A stretch of 64,000 nt of DNA from Candidatus Latescibacterota bacterium (GTDB lineage: Bacteria > Latescibacterota > UBA2968 > UBA8231). Position numbers and translations under genes: made by a program. Below, piece after piece: positions 56,740 through 64,000 of the stretch. A model generated the notes under the pieces. The model made no database searches. It saw nothing but the letters and a program-made list of their open reading frames with translations, and was not told the origin of the DNA. Where the stretch lies: positions 4,864,001-4,928,000 of the forward strand of contig OY730476.1 of assembly GCA_963422735.1 (NCBI GenBank), written 5' to 3'. Within the stretch, counting starts at the first letter, position 1, and every line of letters begins with the position of its first letter.

Positions 56740-58495
56740 AGTGGAAATCCGCACCATTGAATGCGACATCTTGGTCTTGGGCGGCGGCTTGGGCGGCGTG
56801 GCCGCGGCCGTGCGCGCCGCCCGCTTGGGCTATCGAGTCTGCCTGACCGAAGAAAACCCGTGGATCGGTGGCCAAGCCACTAGCCAAGGCGTTGCTGCCT
56901 TAGACGAACATCCGCACATAGAGCACTTTGGCGTCACGGCCCTCTACGGAGAATTCCGCGCCGGCATCCGCGCGTACTATCGCCGCAAGTACAAACTGAA
57001 AAACCCAGACGACCCGCATTTCAACCCTGGGGCGGGTTGGGTTTCTGCCCTGTGCTTTGAGCCGCGAGCCGGCCTAACATCCCTGCTGTCCTTAGTCGTA
57101 CCTCAAGTCGAGGCCGGCCGCCTGATGCTGTTTTACCATGCCCGCGTATCTGCCGCCCACGTCCAAGGCCAGTCCATCCGCAGCGTAGATGTCGTCCAAG
57201 ACGGCGGCATGCACATCTTGCGCTTTGCCCCAGCCTATGTGCTCGACGCCACCGAGCTGGGCGACTTGCTCCGCCTGCTGCCGGTACCCTACGTCTCAGG
57301 CGCTGAAAGCCGCGACCAAACCGGCGAGCCGCACGCCCGCGCCGCTGGCCCCGCCCGGCATCTGACCCAGTCTTTTACCTGCCCGTTTGCGGTCGATTTC
57401 TGCCCCGGTCAAGACCACACCATTCCCCGCCCGCCAAACTACGAGTGCCACCGCGACCAGCAGCCTTACACCTTGACCCTGCAGTACGCCCGCGGCCTGC
57501 GCACGTACCGGTTCTTCGAGACCGCCGCCGACTTGCCCGGTTCCTTTTGGGCCTACCGCCGCCTGTTGTGCGCCCATCAATTCGCCGAGGGGCAAGTGCC
57601 CGGGGATGTGGCCTTGATCAACTGGCCGGGCAACGACTACACCGGCGGCACCCTTATCGACGTGCCGCCCGCCGAGCGAGCGCAGCACATAGCGGCGGCC
57701 AAGGAACTGAGCTTGGGGTTGCTGTACTGGCTACAAACCGAGGTGCCGCGCGACGACGGTCGCGGTCGCGGTTATCCCGAACTGCGGCTGCGCCCCGACA
57801 TCATGGGGACCGCCGATGGCTTCTCCCAGCACCCCTACATCCGCGAATCTCGGCGCATCGAAGCGCGCAAAATTATTGTCGAGCAAGAGGTAGCCGCTCC
57901 GCACCAGCCCAATGCCCGCGCAGCCCCTTTTAGCGACAGCGTCGGTGTGGGCTGGTACGCCATTGACATCCACGGCCAAGCTACCGATGTGGTGTACGCC
58001 GCAGCCACCAAGCCGTTCCAGATTCCGTTGGAAGCACTCGTGTCGCGGCACTTGGACAACTTGCTGGCGGCCAGCAAGAATATCGGCACCACGCACATCA
58101 CCAATGGCTGCTATCGCCTGCATCCGGTGGAGTGGAATATCGGCGAGGCCGCCGGTGCCTTGGCTGCTTTTTGCTTGAGCCAGCAACAGACCCCAGCGGG
58201 CGTGTGCAGCAGCGCGGCTCTGCGCCGCCAGTACCAGCAGACCTTGCTGGCGGCCGGCGTGCCGCTGTATTGGTATGAGGATGTGCCGCTTGGGCATCCG
58301 GCCTTTGCGGCCGTGCAGATGCTGGCCGTGGAGGGGATATGGCCGGGTTGCGCCAACCATTTGCGCTTTGATCCAGATGCCTTAGCCGATGCGCCCGCCG
58401 AGCGCCTACGGGCCGCGGGCCTGTCGCCGGACCTTGCGGGCCGCGATCCCATAACGCGCGGGGACTTGGCACACCGAATGGACCAGCATTTGTAA
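56732..58495 (+). CDS. FAD-dependent oxidoreductase (FAD_oxidored family)
   Basis: ILVLGGGLGGVAAA, DATELGD, YIRESRRI, YRLHPVEWNIGEAAG; start codon uncertain. Confidence 0.88.
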   Translation: MREVEIRTIECDILVLGGGLGGVAAAVRAARLGYRVCLTEENPWIGGQATSQGVAALDEHPHIEHFGVTALYGEFRAGIRAYYRRKYKLKNPDDPHFNPGAGWVSALCFEPRAGLTSLLSLVVPQVEAGRLMLFYHARVSAAHVQGQSIRSVDVVQDGGMHILRFAPAYVLDATELGDLLRLLPVPYVSGAESRDQTGEPHARAAGPARHLTQSFTCPFAVDFCPGQDHTIPRPPNYECHRDQQPYTLTLQYARGLRTYRFFETAADLPGSFWAYRRLLCAHQFAEGQVPGDVALINWPGNDYTGGTLIDVPPAERAQHIAAAKELSLGLLYWLQTEVPRDDGRGRGYPELRLRPDIMGTADGFSQHPYIRESRRIEARKIIVEQEVAAPHQPNARAAPFSDSVGVGWYAIDIHGQATDVVYAAATKPFQIPLEALVSRHLDNLLAASKNIGTTHITNGCYRLHPVEWNIGEAAGALAAFCLSQQQTPAGVCSSAALRRQYQQTLLAAGVPLYWYEDVPLGHPAFAAVQMLAVEGIWPGCANHLRFDPDALADAPAERLRAAGLSPDLAGRDPITRGDLAHRMDQHL

Positions 58496-58518
58496 CGGGT
58501 GAGCCGATGGCGTATAAT
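58490..58518 (+). promoter_or_regulatory. Sigma70 promoter of the tRNA gene
   Basis: TTGTAA-N17-TATAAT just upstream of the tRNA. Confidence 0.75.
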
Positions 58519-58529
58519 TTGAAGGGTGA

Positions 58530-58605
<76 letters not shown>

Positions 58606-58737
58606 ATTTTTTTATCCTTGCTCGAATTCTCTTCTATAGGGCAGCGTCAAAGAATAAAAAGTCGAATGAAACCTGAATGCCCAACCGTAAACTAGGAAAT
58701 TCCGTTTCTTTTTTTTTGCTGACGTTCCAGCGCGGCC

Positions 58738-59826
58738 TTACTTGGCCAATCCCCGCTCGACCCTTCGCTCAAAATCGGCCATCTCATCCGCCCCATCTAA
58801 CACGCCGATTTCCATGTTGAACTCGCGCACCTCGCCCGGCTCGATGTACTGCAAGGTGCCGTGCTTGCGGTTCCAAGCGCGGCCGAGCACCGAGCAGTTG
58901 CCCGGTTCAATGCCGGTGACATAGGTGCCCTTGTGGAAGTGCTGCCAGTGGTTGACGATGGGGATCTCGCTGTGCTTGAACTTCCAATACAATCCTAATC
59001 CCAGCTTGTCGTTGAGGAGGCCGATGTGGACGCGCCCTTGGCGGTCGGTGCGGGGCCGATGCACGTATACATCGTCGTGGGCGCACGGTTGTGGCCCTTT
59101 GGCCACGGCGTAGTCCTCCGGGCCGACGGGGCGGTCGGCGGTCCACTCGGTGCTCTTGCGGCTGTGGAGGACGAGGCGGGTCCCTGCGTCGAGGAGGGGG
59201 AAGCCGGGGTTGCAGTGATACACGAACATGAGCGGCGAGCGGTCGGCCGCGAGGTTTTCGATGCGGTCGCAGATGTGGATGCTCCGCTGGCCGAGCACGG
59301 TCGAAATCTCGCGCGACAGCTCTAAATTTTCGGCAAAGACCTCGGCTTGGCGCATTTGGCCGCGGATGCGCACAACGTAATCCGCGCCCTCCCAGCCGAC
59401 CTCGATGCCGACGTTTTTCGCTGGTATGTACGAGAGGCGACCGTGCAGTGGCATTTCGGCGTTTTCTTCTTCGGGATCGACTTCTGGGTGGCCGACAAAG
59501 TCGAGTCCGCAAGAGGTGACCAGCCCGCCAAACCAGCCGCGCCCCCATTTGAAGCCCTCTGGCTCGTAGAAGGCCGGCCCGACGTCTCCGGGGCCGGAGC
59601 GGAAGCACAACGACTGGCCCTTGTAGTGGGCCGAGGCAATGTCGAGGGCGCGGCCAGGCAAGACGGAAAATCCAAACCCCGAAGCGTTGAACACGTCTAT
59701 GAGGTCGGCGCCGCGCTCAAAGCCTTCGCTGCGCTCGGCGCGGCGGGCGTACATGAGTTGGCTGATGTCTCCGACGCGGCTGAGAAGCTGGCGGCGGGTG
59801 AAGTTGCGGCCAAAGAGCTTGGGCAT
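58738..59826 (-). CDS. Aldose 1-epimerase family protein (DUF4432-like)
   Basis: LPGRALDI, GGLVTSCGL, LHGR, YHCNPG, GIEPGN. Confidence 0.87.
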   Translation of the reverse strand: MPKLFGRNFTRRQLLSRVGDISQLMYARRAERSEGFERGADLIDVFNASGFGFSVLPGRALDIASAHYKGQSLCFRSGPGDVGPAFYEPEGFKWGRGWFGGLVTSCGLDFVGHPEVDPEEENAEMPLHGRLSYIPAKNVGIEVGWEGADYVVRIRGQMRQAEVFAENLELSREISTVLGQRSIHICDRIENLAADRSPLMFVYHCNPGFPLLDAGTRLVLHSRKSTEWTADRPVGPEDYAVAKGPQPCAHDDVYVHRPRTDRQGRVHIGLLNDKLGLGLYWKFKHSEIPIVNHWQHFHKGTYVTGIEPGNCSVLGRAWNRKHGTLQYIEPGEVREFNMEIGVLDGADEMADFERRVERGLAK

Positions 59827-59961
59827 GAGGAACCTCCTCGATAAAACGCTGAGATGCGGTTAAAAAAAGAAGCTATCGCAGGGATAGGCTTTGCATGGTA
59901 AAACAATGAATATAGGTTCTTCTTGCCAACCCGAATCCATTGCGGAAGGAGCGCAGAAGGC

Positions 59962-60873
59962 ATGGCTTTTTCAACGGCAGTGCAACTCGAAGATGTGTGG
60001 AAGCGCTTTGGCGCGGTTGAGGCCGTGCGCGGGGTGTCGCTGCGCGTACCCGCCGGATGTATCTACGGGCTGTTGGGTCCCAACGGCGCGGGTAAGACGA
60101 CCCTTATCCGCATGATTATGAGCATCTTCTTCGCCGATTCCGGGCGCATCGGCCTGCTGGATGGGCAAACGGCCCTCGCGGTTAAGGACCAACTCGGCTA
60201 TCTGCCCGAGGAAAAGGGCCTATATAAGAAGATGAAGGTCGCCGAGCTGATGATCTATTTCGCGCGGCTCAAGGGGGTTGCCGCCGACGTGGCGCAGCAG
60301 CGGGCCGCCGAGTTGTTGCAGCACTATGGCCTCGGTGACTATCAGGATCGGCGCTGCGAGGTGCTTTCCAAGGGCATGGAGCAAAAGGTGCAATTGCTCG
60401 TGGCGCTGCTCCACGAGCCTGAATTGGTCATTCTCGACGAGCCTTTTTCCGGGCTGGACCCGGTCAACCGCGATCTGATGCGGGACGTCATCTTGCAGAT
60501 GCGCCGCGACGGCAAAACGGTGATCTTCTCGACCCATCTCATGGATCAGGCCGAGCAGTTATGCGACTTTGTCGCGCTGATCAACAAGGGGCAGAAAGTC
60601 GTCGATGGCCCGTTGGGCCAAGTGCTCGCCAGCGGAGGGGGCGCCGCGGTGCTCGACTACGACGGCGACGGGCGTCTGCTGCGCGATCTGCCGGGCGTGG
60701 TGCGGGTCAACGACTCGGGCAAGCGGGCCGAGCTTTTTCTGGCCGAGGACGCGGACTCACAAGCAGTATTGGCCGCGCTCTTATACAAGGTGCAGATACG
60801 GGGCTTCGCTCTACGCACGGCCTCTTTGCACGAGATCTTCATCCGCGCTGTAGGGGAGGCCGATGATGCGTAA
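59962..60873 (+). CDS. ABC-2 transporter ATP-binding protein (YhaQ/NatA-like)
   Basis: GPNGAGKTT, YLPEE, LSKGM, DEPFSGLDP. Confidence 0.93.
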   Translation: MAFSTAVQLEDVWKRFGAVEAVRGVSLRVPAGCIYGLLGPNGAGKTTLIRMIMSIFFADSGRIGLLDGQTALAVKDQLGYLPEEKGLYKKMKVAELMIYFARLKGVAADVAQQRAAELLQHYGLGDYQDRRCEVLSKGMEQKVQLLVALLHEPELVILDEPFSGLDPVNRDLMRDVILQMRRDGKTVIFSTHLMDQAEQLCDFVALINKGQKVVDGPLGQVLASGGGAAVLDYDGDGRLLRDLPGVVRVNDSGKRAELFLAEDADSQAVLAALLYKVQIRGFALRTASLHEIFIRAVGEADDA

Positions 60874-62389
60874 AATTGCTTTGGTTGCACGGCGCGAATA
60901 CATGGAGCATGTCCGCACCAAGGGGTTTTGGATCGGCGTACTGGCCCTTCCGCTCCTGCTCGCTTTGAGCGTTGCGGTGCCCGTGCTATTGAGCGAGACC
61001 AAACAGGCGCGCACCTATGCTGTGATCGACCATTCGGGATTTGTACTAAGGGAAGTTGAGGAGGGCATTTTGGCCGAGGATCTGGGTATAGTGCTGCGGG
61101 CCGCGGCGACGCGCTATCGCGATGGCGGTCGGGCTTGGGAACGCCTGCCGGCTGCGGTCCGGGCAGCCGCGAAGGTCTATGTGAGTTTGGCGGAAGCAGA
61201 GCGGTCGGTGCTGGTCCAAGACCTCGCTGCGGGCAAAGGTGAGCGCGCGGCCAGTCTCGTCGAGTGGTGGCAGCAGATGTCGGCCGAAGAGTTGGAAGCC
61301 CTCGACTTGGAACTCTCGCGCAGCCGCTACATCCGGGTGGAGGTGCCCGGCGGCGACGATCCGCCAGCCGCGCTCAATCGCATGGTGAACGACGGCTCGC
61401 TCTTTGCCTACTTCGTCATCGCCCCGGATCCGGTCGCTAGCGACGAGGGGTGCAAATACATCTCTTTGAACCTGACCGACCGAGATTTGCGCCATTGGTT
61501 TGCAGACCGGGTGTTCCAAGTGGTGCGGGCGCGGCGCATTGAGCAGGCGGGCCTCGACGCGGAAACGAGCTACTGGTTACAGACCCCAGTGCATTTCGCC
61601 GAGCGCAAGGTCGATAAGCGCGGCGGAGAGGCCGAGGTTTCCACCGGCGACAGGGTTCGGCAGTGGGCCGTCATACCGTTCGTGTACCTATTGTGGATGG
61701 CGATATTTATTAACGCGCAGACGCTTATGACCAATACCGTGGAGGAGAAGTCGTCGCGCCTCATCGAAGTGCTGCTGTCCGCGCTGTCGCCCTTTGAGTT
61801 GATGGCCGGCAAGATCGCTGGCACGGCCGCGGTTGGGCTGACCTTGGTCTTTACTTGGGTCGTGTGCGTTGTGGTGGGGGTGGTGGTCGCACCAGCCGCG
61901 TTAGGGGACGATGTGGCCTCCATCGTCGGCATTGCCAGCACCCCGCTTTACTTGTGGTCCTTTGTTTTTTACTTCTTGGCTGGCTTCCTGCTATACGCTT
62001 GTCTGTTGGTGGGGGCTGGCTCACTGTGCAACAGCTTAAAAGACGCGCAGAGCCTGATGCTGCCGCTCCTCCTCCCGCTGATCGTGCCGTTGCTTATGAT
62101 GGTACCCATCACCATGGATCCCAACGGTACCTTGGCGCGAGTTGTGTCCTACATCCCGCTCTTTACTCCTTTTGTCATGATGAATCGGGCCGCTGGCTCC
62201 CCGCCGTTGTGGGAGTATTTGGCCACCACAGTGCTGCTTCTTTCGTCTATCTACTTCGCGGTACAGGGGGCGGGCAAGATCTTCCGCATCGGCATCTTGA
62301 TGACGGGCAAGCCGCCGCGTTTGGGAGAGGTCATGCGCTGGTTGACGGCCAAAGAAGACATCAGCCCGGCGGAGCGCGAAGCGGGCTGA
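60863..62389 (+). CDS. ABC-2 transporter permease (YhaP/NatB-like)
   Basis: ARREY..HVRTKGF, VEEKSSRLIEVLLS, GKI, IFRIGILMTGK. Confidence 0.92.
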   Translation: MMRKIALVARREYMEHVRTKGFWIGVLALPLLLALSVAVPVLLSETKQARTYAVIDHSGFVLREVEEGILAEDLGIVLRAAATRYRDGGRAWERLPAAVRAAAKVYVSLAEAERSVLVQDLAAGKGERAASLVEWWQQMSAEELEALDLELSRSRYIRVEVPGGDDPPAALNRMVNDGSLFAYFVIAPDPVASDEGCKYISLNLTDRDLRHWFADRVFQVVRARRIEQAGLDAETSYWLQTPVHFAERKVDKRGGEAEVSTGDRVRQWAVIPFVYLLWMAIFINAQTLMTNTVEEKSSRLIEVLLSALSPFELMAGKIAGTAAVGLTLVFTWVVCVVVGVVVAPAALGDDVASIVGIASTPLYLWSFVFYFLAGFLLYACLLVGAGSLCNSLKDAQSLMLPLLLPLIVPLLMMVPITMDPNGTLARVVSYIPLFTPFVMMNRAAGSPPLWEYLATTVLLLSSIYFAVQGAGKIFRIGILMTGKPPRLGEVMRWLTAKEDISPAEREAG

Positions 62390-62390
62390 G

Positions 62391-63233
62391 TCAGTTGAGT
62401 GGGATCAGGCGATTGGCAAGAACGCGGATATTGTGCTCGATGGTGGGGGCGTCCGGGGCGTCGCCGGCCCAGCGGAGATACTCGCTAAAGGCCTCAATGG
62501 CCTTGAGGTACTCGCGGGTGTGGTGGTAGAGGAAGCCGAGATCGCGGTAGTTTTCGGCTTCGGCCGGCTGTAGGTACGCGATTTTCTCGGCCCAGCGGAT
62601 GGCGGTGGGGAACTCGCGGGCTTGGGAGTGGAGGCGTTTGAGGTTGCGGAGCATGCGCGTTAAGATGTGCAGCGACGAGGTTGGCTCGATGAACTCGGCG
62701 TCCAATTCGAGTCGGCGTCCCTCGATGACCGGCAGCCGCTCGCCTAATGACTTGCTATCGACAAAAGCGCCGTCGGCAAAGGGATCGACAAAGAGCGGCT
62801 CGTCGCCTTGGGTACTGCGCACGAGAAAGTGATGCGGAAAATTGACCCCTGCGAGGGGGAAGGACAGCCGCTTGCCCAGTTCTATATAGACGACCGCTAG
62901 CGTGATGGGAATGCCGAGGCGGCGGTCGAGAACCTCGTTGAGGTAGCTGTTGCGGGAGTCGTCGTAGTGGGCGCGGTTGCCGCGGAAGCCGAGGTCGCCG
63001 AACACGTATTGGCTCAGGTTGGCTAGAGAGGCCGACAGGGAATCGGCCGCGGCATAGCGCGAGCGAAAGTCCTCGCTCAGCGCGTCGAGTTGCCGTAGGT
63101 AGTGTTCGATATCGAGAGCGGGATACGCTTGCAGGGCGATGAGCAAGGCTCCGCGGGCGAGATCGATCCCGCCGGAGGGGTCGCGCGCCTTTTGGACGAG
63201 TGCGAAAAAAGGGTCGGAAGGCCGTGGACGCAT
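62391..63233 (-). CDS. SirB1-family (transglutaminase-like + TPR) protein
   Basis: GFRGNRAHY...NSYLNEVLDRRLGIPITL, GVNFPHHFL, RMLRNLK. Confidence 0.92.
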   Translation of the reverse strand: MRPRPSDPFFALVQKARDPSGGIDLARGALLIALQAYPALDIEHYLRQLDALSEDFRSRYAAADSLSASLANLSQYVFGDLGFRGNRAHYDDSRNSYLNEVLDRRLGIPITLAVVYIELGKRLSFPLAGVNFPHHFLVRSTQGDEPLFVDPFADGAFVDSKSLGERLPVIEGRRLELDAEFIEPTSSLHILTRMLRNLKRLHSQAREFPTAIRWAEKIAYLQPAEAENYRDLGFLYHHTREYLKAIEAFSEYLRWAGDAPDAPTIEHNIRVLANRLIPLN

Positions 63234-63250
63234 GCCGACTGCGGCCCCGG

Positions 63251-64000
63251 TTAGACGCTGCGGTTGTGGATCCAGCTAAACCGCAGCGGCGCGGTGTGAG
63301 TCTGCCGTCGCTCGTTGCGCTCGGCCAGCTTGGCGTAGCGCGGCCCGAGCTTGCACAAATAGTCTTGGGCGGCGGCCGCTTCGCCGGTGAGGCCGCCGAG
63401 CGAATCCAACTCCCACTGGCGGACTAGGTGCTGAGTGATTTCGGCGTAGTGCTTGGCCGTGTACACCCCGAGCCGCTGGGCCACGATAGAGAAGTGTTCA
63501 AAGAGGTCGGGATCCTGCCCATCGGTCATCAGGTGAGCGGGCATGACGACTTGGCGTTTCATCAGATCGCGGAAGGCCAATACCGCGCCGTTGGGATCTA
63601 GCTCGAAAATTTTCTTGATAAAGTTCGTGTACGCTTTTTCGTGGCGGGCTTCGTCGCCGGCCACGACGCCGCAGATAGTCTTGAGGTGCGAATCGCCGGC
63701 CTTTTGCGCCAAGCGGGCCATGTTGCTGTGGGAGATGCGGGTCGCCCGCTCTTGGAAAGACGTATAGACGAAGCCCTTATAGGGGTCTTGGGCGGCCTGC
63801 GGGTTGAAGCCATTGCTCAGCAGGTATTGGATCGTCGTCTCGATGGCGCGCATATCGACTCGGCCCGTGAGGAAGAGGTATTTGTTGAGCAGGTCGCCGT
63901 GGCGATTTTCTTCGGCCGTCCAACCGCGAGACCACTGGGCCCACGGGCTGGGATCCGTGCCGGTGGTGTCCGACACGCCTTCAAAGCTGTTGAGCAAAGT
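63251..64000 (-). CDS. Soluble acyl-ACP desaturase (ferritin-like), runs off window end
   Basis: WTAEENRHGDLL, YTSFQERAT, DEARHE di-iron motifs. Confidence 0.93.
   Translation of the reverse strand, partial: TLLNSFEGVSDTTGTDPSPWAQWSRGWTAEENRHGDLLNKYLFLTGRVDMRAIETTIQYLLSNGFNPQAAQDPYKGFVYTSFQERATRISHSNMARLAQKAGDSHLKTICGVVAGDEARHEKAYTNFIKKIFELDPNGAVLAFRDLMKRQVVMPAHLMTDGQDPDLFEHFSIVAQRLGVYTAKHYAEITQHLVRQWELDSLGGLTGEAAAAQDYLCKLGPRYAKLAERNERRQTHTAPLRFSWIHNRSV

Overview
A GC-rich (about 60% by eye) bacterial chromosome segment. Phytanoyl-CoA dioxygenases, sugar ABC transporters, ankyrin proteins and many toxin-antitoxin relics suggest a host-associated lineage such as a sponge symbiont, but this is inference only. 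Intact core genes (purH-type AICAR transformylase, dapA, dapB, glmU-like, ppk1, tRNA-Thr(TGT), ABC transporters, acyl-ACP desaturase) surround two accessory regions. (1) About 11.2-31.8 kb: a decaying sigma54 regulon. An HlyD/ABC/MacB exporter and its NtrC-type regulator plus histidine kinase are separated by a roughly 14 kb island. The island carries repeated copies of the same sigma54 promoter/enhancer cassette, an unannotated 58-aa Cys-containing peptide, an acyl carrier protein, a lanthipeptide-kinase-like Ser/Thr kinase, an ABC exporter, a Cys/Arg alpha/beta-hydrolase pair and glycosylation genes; many of these are disrupted. (2) About 46.2-55.6 kb: an apparently intact operon with an ankyrin-ectodomain receptor Ser/Thr kinase, a dead and an active trypsin-TM-FHA protein, a MotB/ExbD-like TM-vWA protein, a MotA/TolQ/ExbB channel, two FHA proteins and a membrane PP2C. 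This operon is the best candidate for an undescribed system.
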